IMG/VR virus record: IMGVR_UViG_3300031992_004563
Coordinates: 201,798 to 265,797 of that record
Reading direction: 5' to 3' (one strand)
Source of the DNA: a virus
Lineage: Duplodnaviria; Heunggongvirae; Uroviricota; Caudoviricetes
Length of the DNA stretch: 64,000 nt
This document shows positions 1-10,034 of the stretch, piece after piece (within the stretch, counting starts at the first letter, position 1; every line of letters begins with the position of its first letter). The notes under the pieces were generated by a model. It was given only the letters and a program-made list of their open reading frames with translations. It was not told the DNA's origin and ran no database searches. Both the position numbers and the translations under genes were made by a program.

Positions 1-363
1 TTTTATAATCTCACTCTAATTTGCATATTCAGTTCCATATTTTTCCATACATGTATTTTTTAGTTTTTTCTTTACAATTGGATCATTTGCTGCACATGTA
101 GGACAACAGTGTTTCTAATATCCTTTGCCAAAACTATAGTATTTTAATATATTTCCACATATACAATGGGGGGTTTCATTAATATTATTTTTAATTCTAT
201 ATAAAATTTCAGATATATTATTAATACTATAATTATCAGAATATCTATTTAATAAGTATTCTAATAAATTATGATGTTTTAATAAATATGACTTTGCTAA
301 TTTTTTACAATTAATTCTATTATTTTTAATAAAAACATCTAATATTTCCTAATCTGTTATCAT
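1..363 (-). CDS. Homing-endonuclease-associated-type protein (Zn-finger CxC..CCxxC plus 'KNTCMEKYGxEYxxQ' repeat), runs off window; code 15
   Basis: Manual translation MITDQEILDVF...CICGNILKYYSFGKGYQKHCCPTCAANDPIVKKKLKNTCMEKYGTEYANQSEIIK with 3 TAG read as Q. The last TAG falls on the Gln typical of this repeat. Confidence 0.6.
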
Positions 364-533
364 AATACAAAAATAAACATTTATTTTTATTATAATTAGC
401 ATTAAAGTGAAGCGATGCTAAAATAAAAATAAATGTTTATATAAATTAATTTAAATTAAAATAAATTATAATTTTATCTACGCTTCACTTTAGATATTAA
501 TTATATATATTATTTATTTAAGTTTTGAAATTT

Positions 534-773
534 TTAATAAACAATTGCAATTTTGCTTGTTTTACATGAAACTATTTTCCAATCCCACATTGTTCCTTTC
601 ATTTCTTCTGCCACTTTTTTCTCGATATCAGTGACTGAAACTCCATCAACTAAATGAAATTCTTTTACTTTCTTTACTTTACCAGTTTCAGAATCTTCTT
701 GTTCAACTTCAATTTGAACTTCCCAAAAGCCATATTGCGCTTCTAATACTTCGTCTTTTTCCATAGTTTTCAA
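534..773 (-). CDS. Hypothetical protein
   Basis: ORF track 79 aa, co-oriented with early operon. Confidence 0.7.
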   Translation of the reverse strand: MKTMEKDEVLEAQYGFWEVQIEVEQEDSETGKVKKVKEFHLVDGVSVTDIEKKVAEEMKGTMWDWKIVSCKTSKIAIVY

Positions 774-817
774 TATATATTTTTATTATTATATGTGTTT
801 ACAAAATTTTTGTTTAT

Positions 818-1084
818 TTACATTAATGTATCATCAAATATAGATAATGGTAATAATATAAATAATGTGGCAAATCCATACATTACAAATATAAATTCTA
901 ATAAATCATTTACGGCATTACTGTTATATTCATTAACAAATAATCCAATAATACACTCAATGCCTTTACTAATCCAATATATTGGCCATAACAATGTAGT
1001 AAATACTGTAATTGCTAAAAAGAATACAATACCAATTGGAAAACCAATTAAACCAACCAATAATTTTTCTAAAAATGTTTTCAT
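818..1084 (-). CDS. Small two-helix membrane protein
   Basis: Two hydrophobic stretches; in operon. Confidence 0.65.
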   Translation of the reverse strand: MKTFLEKLLVGLIGFPIGIVFFLAITVFTTLLWPIYWISKGIECIIGLFVNEYNSNAVNDLLEFIFVMYGFATLFILLPLSIFDDTLM

Positions 1085-1105
1085 ATAAAAATAAGCAATT
1101 TTTAA

Positions 1106-2185
1106 TTATTTTATTAATGGCGAATCATATATATTCACCTTTTCAAATTTTTGTTTAAATTCAGCTTCCCTATCCATTTCATCACAGTGTGTTAATTCAA
1201 TTTCATATTTTTTAAATCTACTATCTTTATACACACGTTTTTTCAAATCATCAATATCTAATAGGCCATATCTAAATTCGCCTTGAAAATCATTCCATTT
1301 ATTTGTTCTATCTTCTTGAACACCATTTGAAATTATTTTTCTATCTTCTGCATTTGTTATAATGCCATCTCCATGTCTTGTTAAATATGGCCTTGTAACA
1401 TAATGCGCAGTAATATCAACATCCTCTCCATATAAATCAACATTTACCATATTAAGTGCATATAGAATTCCAGTATTTGATGGTGTTGTATCATATCTAT
1501 CTTCTCCTGTATCACATAATAAAAGACCTTGACCATTTTCAAATATTAAATTCTCATGTGGTGTTTCTGCTAAATTCCATACAGGAATTGTATGATCTGC
1601 CATAAACCTACAATCATTTATAAAATGTTGTTGAAGTATTGAAGAATTCCAAATATCTATAAAATTTTCTGGAATTGTAAGTTCTTTTTCGTAATATTCT
1701 TTAACTGAATTAAGATATACTTCTGGTTTATCTAATTTTAAAAACTCATCAAATATATATCCAGGAAGAACATTCCATCTTTTAATAGTATTCCATATTC
1801 CCATTCCACATGATGCATGACGTCCTTGAAGTTGTTCAGAAATCATATTAGCCATTGAGTCATATGGGGTTGACCACCAGCAATTTCTGTCTCTATATAT
1901 ACGTTTAGGCTTAATTAGCAATTCATTATATTCTTTAACAAATTGCATTGGATTAAGAATAAAATAACGAGAATAATAATTGTCTGCACCATGGTATGTT
2001 CCTGAACCAAAATGATGAAATGTCATACTTCCATCTTCAGTTAGAATGGAATGACCTCGTTGCGCTCCACCATTAGTTAATACATTAAGAACTTCTCCTT
2101 CAGTATGTTTGGTGTAATGAGCAACAACTGTGCCCTTCCCTTCATCGCCATAATTGGCACCAATTATTATTCTCGCTTTTCTCAT
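1106..2185 (-). CDS. purA: Adenylosuccinate synthetase-family protein (divergent PurA)
   Basis: GANYGDEGKG P-loop, NGGAQRGH, FENGQGLLL, TRPYLTRHGDG motifs. Start set at ATG 2185, just after the vWA gene stop. Confidence 0.85.
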   Translation of the reverse strand: MRKARIIIGANYGDEGKGTVVAHYTKHTEGEVLNVLTNGGAQRGHSILTEDGSMTFHHFGSGTYHGADNYYSRYFILNPMQFVKEYNELLIKPKRIYRDRNCWWSTPYDSMANMISEQLQGRHASCGMGIWNTIKRWNVLPGYIFDEFLKLDKPEVYLNSVKEYYEKELTIPENFIDIWNSSILQQHFINDCRFMADHTIPVWNLAETPHENLIFENGQGLLLCDTGEDRYDTTPSNTGILYALNMVNVDLYGEDVDITAHYVTRPYLTRHGDGIITNAEDRKIISNGVQEDRTNKWNDFQGEFRYGLLDIDDLKKRVYKDSRFKKYEIELTHCDEMDREAEFKQKFEKVNIYDSPLIK

Positions 2186-2186
2186 T

Positions 2187-3086
2187 TTACCATTCAATTT
2201 CACCATTCTCATTTAATTGACCGGCAGATGTAGAAACCTGTTCAAGATCAATTATTGCAGAATTATTATTAACTGATTCGGTAATACAATCTTCAATAGT
2301 TTTAGCAAGCATATTGATTGTAGATGTTTTAAATCTATTTCCAAGAATTTGTCCAAAACTCTTTTCAATATCCTCTTTATAACCACTATAGCAGTTACCT
2401 GGATCATCTACTGCAATATGGAAAATATCAAACTTCTTAGATGCTTCTTTATAAAGCTCAGGAGTTTCAATATTTGCCTGTACATGCTCATTAATTTTAT
2501 TATTTAATCCATGTGTTCCATCTACAGGAATATATGGATTAAGAGGTTCATCACCCATTGTGATAATAATACCTTTACGGCCTTGCTTATCATAACAATC
2601 GAGTTTTGTTTTATGTAAGCCCATATACCATGCGGCGGTATAGCTTTCATAACGATTGCCTCCACCGCCATGTTCCATCCAAAGTTTATCCAATGATTCA
2701 GCAATACGAATATCACTTTCAAATTGGCTCATTTGAATTGGAGCATCATCAAAGGCACAATCACCAATACCCATAATACAAAATTCAACATCCTTGAATT
2801 TCTCATATAGATTTTTCATAATTGTTCCAAGGGCAGCAGCAGTTTCTGCGCATGCACTACCCATGGAACCAGTTACATCTAATGCTAAAATTACAGGAAT
2901 TGTATTTGGGTGTTCATCACTATTGGCACATTCACGAACTTTAAATTTTCGTGGGTCCAATCCCTCATCAAGTCTACTAGCTCGATAAGTTTGACCAGTT
3001 ACACGACCGGTATCCTCATCATAATCACGCCCAAGTGATTTAGAATACGTTCTATAACTAGATGCTGAAAAACAACCGCTTCCCAT
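2187..3086 (-). CDS. vWA (MIDAS) domain protein
   Basis: VILALDVTGSMG MIDAS motif, IITMGDEP, GGGGNRYESY. Confidence 0.8.
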   Translation of the reverse strand: MGSGCFSASSYRTYSKSLGRDYDEDTGRVTGQTYRASRLDEGLDPRKFKVRECANSDEHPNTIPVILALDVTGSMGSACAETAAALGTIMKNLYEKFKDVEFCIMGIGDCAFDDAPIQMSQFESDIRIAESLDKLWMEHGGGGNRYESYTAAWYMGLHKTKLDCYDKQGRKGIIITMGDEPLNPYIPVDGTHGLNNKINEHVQANIETPELYKEASKKFDIFHIAVDDPGNCYSGYKEDIEKSFGQILGNRFKTSTINMLAKTIEDCITESVNNNSAIIDLEQVSTSAGQLNENGEIEW

Positions 3087-3088
3087 AA

Positions 3089-3727
3089 TTATGCCTCCTT
3101 TTCTGTATCAGTTTCTTCTACGTCCTCACCTTCATCATCACCATCAAGTGAGAAATCCATCATACCCTCAAAAGGATTATCTTTCATTCCACCCATCATC
3201 ATAGACATTGCCATCATATTACCAAGGCCACCGCCGAATCCAGTGTTTGAATTAGTGTTGCCACCACCAAACATCTGTGACATCATCATCATTTTAACGA
3301 TTTTGCTGACACCTTTGCCACCTTTAACTACATTTCCAAATGGAGAAATAATTTTACCATAGAAATAAGCACTGCCCATAAATACGTGACGCTCAGGAAC
3401 AACTTTACGTTCCTCCGCATTCTCATAATCAATCACAGTAATAATCTTTTTATCAACATTTGTTACACACTTAGGTTTACCATTAACAAGAATAATATCA
3501 CCACGCTCAACCTTACTTGTAGGAACAACGAAAAATAAATCATCACCTACATTAAAACAGAAATTAGTTACATTTGTCAAAGTACCCTTATCAACGTGAT
3601 AAGTTTTGTAACCATTAGAACATTTTACAGCAATATTGCCATTAACTGTAAGACGACACATACCCGGTGCAATCTTACCAAACATGCCATTAAAGGCGTT
3701 TTGTACATTCTCAAACATAGTTTTCAA
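3089..3727 (-). CDS. Hypothetical protein with Met/Gly-rich C-terminal region
   Basis: 212 aa ORF 2 nt upstream of vWA gene; KMMMMSQMFGGG...MMAMSMMMGG tract. Confidence 0.75.
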   Translation of the reverse strand: MKTMFENVQNAFNGMFGKIAPGMCRLTVNGNIAVKCSNGYKTYHVDKGTLTNVTNFCFNVGDDLFFVVPTSKVERGDIILVNGKPKCVTNVDKKIITVIDYENAEERKVVPERHVFMGSAYFYGKIISPFGNVVKGGKGVSKIVKMMMMSQMFGGGNTNSNTGFGGGLGNMMAMSMMMGGMKDNPFEGMMDFSLDGDDEGEDVEETDTEKEA

Positions 3728-3808
3728 ATTTTTTAATTTATTATTTTATTATTATTTTACCTTTTTGTTTATCATATATAAACATCAAATTCTATATATA
3801 ATATAAAC

Positions 3809-3842
3809 AAAAGACACAAAGTTTCAAACTCTGTGTCTTTTT
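3809..3842. terminator. Intrinsic terminator hairpin
   Basis: aaaagacaca...tgtgtctttt inverted repeat with A/T tails. Confidence 0.7.
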
Positions 3843-3866
3843 ATTTTAAATTATTAAATTTAGCTA

Positions 3867-4493
3867 TTATGCAAATTCAACATCTTCTTCAAAATCAGAA
3901 TTGTCTACAGTACAAGATGCAATTTGACGTTCAGGCGGAAGTTCCATCCAAGTGCTATAAAGAATAGGTCTAGTCTCATAATACTTGCAACCAGTTTTAT
4001 AATGGTAATCCAACCTGATGGCCCAAAGTTGAGGACAATCACGAAGAGGACCATTCCAATCATAAAACAATGGTTCAGTAGTTCCATACTTAGAGCGAAT
4101 AACCAATGTACGGGTAGTGTCCATATCAATATAACTTCTATGGGATACAATGTTATATTTTTTGATGAGCTCCATTGGGTCTTTGATTTTACTCATATCA
4201 TACCCTTGTTTCTCAAGCTCATCTTTCTTTTCAAACATTGCTACAATCAATTCAACACCATTGTTAACACCATATTTTCTAAATGCAGTCATGATGTTTC
4301 CATAGGTTGTATACAAACCATGAGAATCATGCTTAGTGATGTAATCTTGTACATCACTAAAGAATGTTCGACCATCCTTTTCATTTTCTAAACGAAGAGG
4401 AGTTTTACGTTTCTTAAGGACCTCTTTAATACCATCCTGAAGAAATACTTTTTGTAAAGTTCTGTTGTCAAAAAGAGTGATTGTCGTCTCCAT
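3867..4493 (-). CDS. Hypothetical protein
   Basis: 208 aa ORF downstream of conserved promoter repeat. Confidence 0.75.
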   Translation of the reverse strand: METTITLFDNRTLQKVFLQDGIKEVLKKRKTPLRLENEKDGRTFFSDVQDYITKHDSHGLYTTYGNIMTAFRKYGVNNGVELIVAMFEKKDELEKQGYDMSKIKDPMELIKKYNIVSHRSYIDMDTTRTLVIRSKYGTTEPLFYDWNGPLRDCPQLWAIRLDYHYKTGCKYYETRPILYSTWMELPPERQIASCTVDNSDFEEDVEFA

Positions 4494-4511
4494 ATATTTT
4501 CAATTTTTAAA

Positions 4512-4561
4512 TTAACGATACAAAAATAATACTTTTTTGCCAATCTAAAAAATAGAAGTTA
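4512..4561 (-). promoter_or_regulatory. Repeated ~50-bp early promoter module, copy 1
   Basis: Near-identical to 6597-6646, 8035-8084, 15165-15214; minus strand contains TATTTTTG = Bacteroidota -7 box TAnnTTTG. Confidence 0.75.
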
Positions 4562-4565
4562 TATT

Positions 4566-5117
4566 TCATTTAACATTATATTCAACGTTTGATGGTGTAA
4601 TTGTATATTCAATTGGCTCTCCTGTATTATCAATTATCCATGTATTATAAACATAATTGATGTTTTCTTTTACTTTATTAATAGCTTCATTTTCACTATT
4701 AGTATAATTAACAATTTCCTTATTATTAATTGCTAGGTTTTCTGGATAATAATGGAATATTGCACATGGATAATAACTATCATAATAGTCTGTACCAATT
4801 TCTAAAACAATCTTTCCAGTTATTGCATCAGTAATTTGATAAAATTTCTTACCACCGTCGCCAACATGATCTTTAATTAACGTAATAATAACATCATGTG
4901 GAACAAATCTGTTTTTAATATCTTTTGGTGTAATACCAATTGGAATAAACAAACTGCCATAACTACGATATCCATCATCTGGATCAAGTTCAAATGCATA
5001 TACATTATTATTGATGATAACATAGTAACCATCTATGTTATCACCAAATTCTGTTTTTCGACTATATTGCTCTATACCGCTTAATCGATGTTTTCCTGTT
5101 GGAAGTTTTTCAAACAT
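4566..5117 (-). CDS. Hypothetical protein
   Basis: 183 aa ORF. Confidence 0.7.
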   Translation of the reverse strand: MFEKLPTGKHRLSGIEQYSRKTEFGDNIDGYYVIINNNVYAFELDPDDGYRSYGSLFIPIGITPKDIKNRFVPHDVIITLIKDHVGDGGKKFYQITDAITGKIVLEIGTDYYDSYYPCAIFHYYPENLAINNKEIVNYTNSENEAINKVKENINYVYNTWIIDNTGEPIEYTITPSNVEYNVK

Positions 5118-5272
5118 ATATTTAATTATTATTTTTACATTTTTCTTCTAAATTTTTACCACTGCAAAACATTGATTTTTTAGCATTTTTACAATGATTA
5201 AAAAATATACAAAATGAATCACAAAATGTACCTATAATTATTATATGTTTAAATATGTTAAAGTTTCACAAA

Positions 5273-5866
5273 TTACTTATTAGTTTTAGTATTCATTTGA
5301 ATAATGATACCACCACCAAGTGTTCCACCTTGGCCCCATACATACTTGGCATCAAAATTTAAACCAAACCACTCACAGAAAGGAAGATAAATCGTTCCAT
5401 ATATACCACTATGCCAATTGGTCTCTCCAAAATACTGACCGCCTACATAGCCAATACCAAGATATTTACAAATAATAATACCTGCTCGCATATTCCAATA
5501 TTGTTTTTGATCAAATCGCCAATCTACACAACCATAATCAAATCCAGCAGAAATACCAAATTTAACACGGTCCTTTGCTGGAAAATTATAATATAATTGA
5601 CCACCAATTTCAGGCTCTATCATACGATGTCCAAATGTGGTATTGCCAAAACCAAGATGCAATGCTAAACCAACATTACCGGGTTGATAAAAAGAATTAA
5701 ATCGCTCGCTTGGAGTTACACGTTGATATTCAACATTCTCTGTTTGAACATAAGTTCGTTGAACAGTAATGCTGGTTGGGGTTTGTCGAATAATTCGAAC
5801 ATTGTCTGCGCTAATAGTTAAAATACCTGCAAAAATTAAGAGTAAAATAGATAAAATCTTTTTCAT
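5273..5866 (-). CDS. Secreted, probable outer-membrane beta-barrel protein
   Basis: Signal peptide MKKILSILLLIFAGILTISA, then alternating amphipathic Gly/aromatic beta-strands. Start set at 5866. Confidence 0.55.
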   Translation of the reverse strand: MKKILSILLLIFAGILTISADNVRIIRQTPTSITVQRTYVQTENVEYQRVTPSERFNSFYQPGNVGLALHLGFGNTTFGHRMIEPEIGGQLYYNFPAKDRVKFGISAGFDYGCVDWRFDQKQYWNMRAGIIICKYLGIGYVGGQYFGETNWHSGIYGTIYLPFCEWFGLNFDAKYVWGQGGTLGGGIIIQMNTKTNK

Positions 5867-5879
5867 AATGTTACTATTT

Positions 5880-6173
5880 TTAGTGTTGTTTATGTTTTTT
5901 ACACCAAGTTTGAAGTTTCTCACAAAGTTTGTCAAAATCTTCATCTTGGAATTTTACGATTGCTGCATTATTAGCATTAACATATTCTGCAATAATTTCA
6001 ATATGTTGTTTTCCATCAGTGTGAAATCCAGACCAATCTTCAAAAGAGAATGATAATTTAAATGAATCATAATTTGCATGATACTCAAATGGAGATGCAA
6101 TAAAATGATTATGTTCATCAATAATCTTTATAAAAAGATCTATGCCATATTGTTTTACTTTTTCTAACAACAT
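5880..6173 (-). CDS. Hypothetical protein
   Basis: 97 aa ORF. Confidence 0.65.
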   Translation of the reverse strand: MLLEKVKQYGIDLFIKIIDEHNHFIASPFEYHANYDSFKLSFSFEDWSGFHTDGKQHIEIIAEYVNANNAAIVKFQDEDFDKLCEKLQTWCKKHKQH

Positions 6174-6175
6174 AT

Positions 6176-6580
6176 TTAAAACTCCTCTTCAATATATTTG
6201 TGCCAATAATCATTTACAAATGGAGAACCATCTTCTTTTTGGAATTCTTCGCATTTATAAACCCATGCTTTAAAATCTTCAATTGATTGATGTACCATAC
6301 CAAATCCAATTGGCATATCAATATCATTGTAAAACATCTTACGATATGCAATTTTGCCATCAATAAGTTGCTTCCATTCTCCATCAAGACAATCTTCAAT
6401 TTTTCCGCCACCAAGAACAAAATCAATCATTTCTTTTGCTGAATGAAAATATCCATTTTCCTCCATATATGCGTATTTTTCTTGTTTACGCTCTTCCTCA
6501 CGTCTTTTCATTTCAGCATCATATCGTGCTTGAAGTTCTTCAAGAGTCATGTTGCTCTTTTTGTTGTATTTAAATTCCAT
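6176..6580 (-). CDS. Hypothetical protein
   Basis: 134 aa ORF after promoter module. Confidence 0.7.
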   Translation of the reverse strand: MEFKYNKKSNMTLEELQARYDAEMKRREEERKQEKYAYMEENGYFHSAKEMIDFVLGGGKIEDCLDGEWKQLIDGKIAYRKMFYNDIDMPIGFGMVHQSIEDFKAWVYKCEEFQKEDGSPFVNDYWHKYIEEEF

Positions 6581-6596
6581 AAAACGTATTTTTAAA

Positions 6597-6646
6597 TTAA
6601 CGTTACAAAATTAATACTTTTCCATCAATCTAAAAAATAGAAGTTA
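6597..6646 (-). promoter_or_regulatory. Repeated early promoter module, copy 2
   Basis: Minus strand TAACTTCTATTTTTTAGATTGATGGAAAAGTATTAATTTTGTAACGTTAA with TAATTTTG -7 box. Confidence 0.75.
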
Positions 6647-6973
6647 TTATGCATAAGGCTGAGATTCACGACAACCACAAGAATACCCTTCAACAAATCC
6701 TACTCGCGCTGCATCTATATATTGATTTTTTATAGAACGTGCAAGTGCATTAGGACAAGTTTCCTCGGTTTCATATGGAAACACTTTGGCAGCTTTAGCT
6801 TGAATATACCTTTTCCATAACTGAAGTTGATATTCATAATTACCATTAAAATTCGGACAACTTTCTTGACAGTCCTTATATTTGCATTCCCCATGATTAT
6901 GATTATGCAAATGACATTCACCACTATACAAATAACTGCAAATACTGATAGTTGTAATAAGTTTAGTTTCCAT
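6647..6973 (-). CDS. Cys/His-rich hypothetical protein
   Basis: CxxxxxxxC...CxxxxCxxxC; 108 aa. Confidence 0.65.
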   Translation of the reverse strand: METKLITTISICSYLYSGECHLHNHNHGECKYKDCQESCPNFNGNYEYQLQLWKRYIQAKAAKVFPYETEETCPNALARSIKNQYIDAARVGFVEGYSCGCRESQPYA

Positions 6974-7006
6974 AATTAACGCTATTTTAAAATTATGAAA
7001 TAGAAG

Positions 7007-8017
7007 TTATTGACATTCAATAACTCCCATTTCTTCCATTTTCTCAAACAATTGTTCAAGATTACAAGTATACCAACGATAATGTAAACATCCACCATAA
7101 TAGTCAGCCTCAGCATCATAATCCTCGTCTACACAAGCATCCCATAATTTACGATAATCATCATGTGAAATGTTTGGACAGAAGTGATTAACTATGTTTA
7201 TGTAGCTGGTAAATTCTGCTGGTTCATCTTCATTATCAATTACCCAATGACTTCCCCAACAGTTGCAAACATCCCCTCCTACACACCAACGCTCTGAACG
7301 AATTTCACCATTATCACCATAGTTTTCAAGAATGAGTTCTTTTTGTGAATGTGCTACAACAGTATGCTCAACGTAGTTGAATTCATAATCAGGAAACATT
7401 TGTCGCAATGCATCTATATCAATCATCTCATATTTTGCATATTTGATGGTTGCAGTTGCAGCTTCAGTTCGATCATATTCACCAGTCTCAAGACGAATTA
7501 CATCATTTTTCAGGCAAGCCTCGCGATCTTCATTCCATTGATGAATAAAGAATTTTGCCGGAATTTGTTTTCCATTCCATTTCAATTGGCTAATACGATT
7601 TACAAAAAAACTTGATATTTTTTGAACATCTTCATTAGTAAGCATCAAACCATCAAAAATGATTTGTTCACCACATGCAAAAGTGCCACAAGTTTCACGA
7701 GAAATTTCATAACCATTCCGATCAAAAAAATCGTTAATATAGTTTTCAACTCCTTCACTTTGTGCAAACCACGAATCAGCTTCGATAATATGCGTATAGC
7801 ATTTGCGTTCATCTTTAATCTGATATGCAAAAGTAGTTTTACCTGAACCAGGAAGACCAACAAGAATATGAACCTCTAAAGGTTTCCAATAATTAGGCAT
7901 ACGCATATGTTCTACCGCCTCATTAGCAATTTTGCGCGCAGCTTCACATTTTTTCTGTTTTGACATACCACGTTTTTTGTAAGAACGGCCAATTTGCATT
8001 AACTCATCATCTTCCAT
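7007..8017 (-). CDS. P-loop kinase (polynucleotide-kinase/AAA_33-like) fused to an unknown C-terminal domain
   Basis: ILVGLPGSGKTTFA Walker A, IIFDG Walker B. Confidence 0.7.
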   Translation of the reverse strand: MEDDELMQIGRSYKKRGMSKQKKCEAARKIANEAVEHMRMPNYWKPLEVHILVGLPGSGKTTFAYQIKDERKCYTHIIEADSWFAQSEGVENYINDFFDRNGYEISRETCGTFACGEQIIFDGLMLTNEDVQKISSFFVNRISQLKWNGKQIPAKFFIHQWNEDREACLKNDVIRLETGEYDRTEAATATIKYAKYEMIDIDALRQMFPDYEFNYVEHTVVAHSQKELILENYGDNGEIRSERWCVGGDVCNCWGSHWVIDNEDEPAEFTSYINIVNHFCPNISHDDYRKLWDACVDEDYDAEADYYGGCLHYRWYTCNLEQLFEKMEEMGVIECQ

Positions 8018-8034
8018 AACTTTATTTTTTTAAA

Positions 8035-8084
8035 TTAACGTTACAAAATTAATACTTTTCTATCAATCTAAAAAATAGAAGCTA
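8035..8084 (-). promoter_or_regulatory. Repeated early promoter module, copy 3
   Basis: Near-identical to 6597-6646. Confidence 0.75.
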
Positions 8085-8135
8085 AAATTAATTAGCCTCT
8101 ATTTCATTAATATGTTTGTACGTGTTAGGAAGTTA

Positions 8136-10034
8136 TTACCAAATTTTAGCTCTCTTACTTATTGGAACAAATAATTTATCTTTTGGTGTTATTCCAAATA
8201 CTTCATACCAAGGTGTAAACATTGCAAGTGTTCCATTAACTCTATTAAAGTTTGCAGAATGTTCATTAGTTGTTGTCATTAATCTTAATGATTCATCTGT
8301 ATTAACACCTGCCCATGTAGTGGCATAACTAATAAAGAAATTCTTTAAATCTTCAATATTCTCTGTTTTTTGTTTAAGAGCATTAAATGCAATTTTTACG
8401 CCACCATAATCAGCAAGATTTTCGCCTAATGTTAATGTTCCATTTGCCTTTAGATCTGGAAGAACATCTAATTCATTAAAATGATTAATAGTATTTTCTG
8501 TTAACTTATTAAACTTTTCAATTTCTTCATCTGTCCACCATTGATGCATATTTCCATTTGAATCAAATTGACGTCCATGATTATCAAATCCATGAGTCAT
8601 TTCATGCCCAATAACCACACCAATCGCTCCATAATTTAATGCATCATCCCTTCCATATTGATAAAAATCACCTTGAAGAATTCCAGCAGGAAAACAAATT
8701 TCATTTGTTGTTTCATTATAATATGCATTAATTTGGTGAGCACTCATAAACCATTCATTTTTATCAACTGGTTTATTATATTTTTTTTCTTTGTTTTTAT
8801 TAAAGAAATATTTTGAAATATTAATTGTGTTTTCAAATAATGTCAAATTTTCATCAATTGGCATATCACTATAATCTTCAAATTTATCTGGATATCCAAT
8901 TTTAATATTGAGCTTATTTAATTTTTCAAATGCAAGTTTTTTAGTATTTTCAGATAACCAAGAATGTTCTGATAATACATTTTTAAATGAAATAATTAAA
9001 TCATTTACAAGGTTTTTAACATCATATTTAGCATCTTCGCTAAAATATTTTTTAACATACAATTCACCAATTGCATCTGAGAATAATGAACTTACTGCAT
9101 TAATTGCGCGTTTTTTCTTAGGTTGATCTTTCTTTGCGCCCGTAAGTGCTTGTGAAAATTTAAATATAATTTTACGTGCATCATCACCACAACTGTTTAT
9201 TCCATATTTGATTACTTTCCATTCCAATAGTGTTTTTAAATCTTCTACATCCAATGTATTAAATAATTTACAAACATATTTAAAATGTTTTTCTTGACCA
9301 ATTATGATGTCATTTGATGCATCATAACCATATAGACAAAGGAATTTATTTAAATCAAAATTGGTAGCTTTAGAAAGCTTTTCAATATTCTTTTTATGGT
9401 AATTTTTAGATGGTTCTTGTTGTTCTTCTTCAGAAGTATAAACCTTTGCAATTTGTTTTTCAATTTTAATAATTGTCTTATATTTTTCTTTGGCAACTTC
9501 ATCTGATTTACCAAGCAATTTATAAAGACTAATTATATATTTTTTAAATGCTTTAAGAATCTTTTTATTTGCTTCAGATTTTACTAAATAATAATCTCTA
9601 TTACCAAGTGACAAACCACTTTCCCATTCCCACAATACATTCATTGTAGGGTTTTTAAAATCTGGAGCAATTTGTAAATTAAAAAATAATGACCATTGTT
9701 CTTTTGCACAATACTCAATAATTTCTTCACGAGTAAATAAAGAATAAACATTTTTATAGAGGAATTGCTTTAATGGAAGAATTCCATCTTCATTTCGTTT
9801 ATCCCAATTACTAAAAATCTTATAATAAGATTTTATTTTTTGACCTATTTCAGAATTACCAGGATTTTTAATAATCTTATTAATTCTTTCAAGATTTTCT
9901 TCACGTAATATTGTAAATGTATTCCATCTTGGATATTCTGGTAATTGTGGGTGACAATCAATCCAGTGACCTGTAGCATATTTAAAAAAATCATCTCCTG
10001 GATTAACTGTGTTATCTATATACTTATTCTCCAT
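8136..10034 (-). CDS. M13 family (neprilysin/PepO-like) zinc metallopeptidase, no signal peptide
   Basis: PGDDFFKYATGHW, INAYY, VIGHEMTHGFD (HExxH), GENLADYGG. Start set at MENKY, with TATAAATA about 22 nt upstream. Confidence 0.93.
   Translation of the reverse strand: MENKYIDNTVNPGDDFFKYATGHWIDCHPQLPEYPRWNTFTILREENLERINKIIKNPGNSEIGQKIKSYYKIFSNWDKRNEDGILPLKQFLYKNVYSLFTREEIIEYCAKEQWSLFFNLQIAPDFKNPTMNVLWEWESGLSLGNRDYYLVKSEANKKILKAFKKYIISLYKLLGKSDEVAKEKYKTIIKIEKQIAKVYTSEEEQQEPSKNYHKKNIEKLSKATNFDLNKFLCLYGYDASNDIIIGQEKHFKYVCKLFNTLDVEDLKTLLEWKVIKYGINSCGDDARKIIFKFSQALTGAKKDQPKKKRAINAVSSLFSDAIGELYVKKYFSEDAKYDVKNLVNDLIISFKNVLSEHSWLSENTKKLAFEKLNKLNIKIGYPDKFEDYSDMPIDENLTLFENTINISKYFFNKNKEKKYNKPVDKNEWFMSAHQINAYYNETTNEICFPAGILQGDFYQYGRDDALNYGAIGVVIGHEMTHGFDNHGRQFDSNGNMHQWWTDEEIEKFNKLTENTINHFNELDVLPDLKANGTLTLGENLADYGGVKIAFNALKQKTENIEDLKNFFISYATTWAGVNTDESLRLMTTTNEHSANFNRVNGTLAMFTPWYEVFGITPKDKLFVPISKRAKIW

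Noticed and set aside
1106-2185. PurZ (2-aminoadenine DNA pathway)
   Set aside because: Catalytic Asp of GDEGKG is retained, whereas PurZ has Ser; no DatZ/MazZ-like neighbours seen
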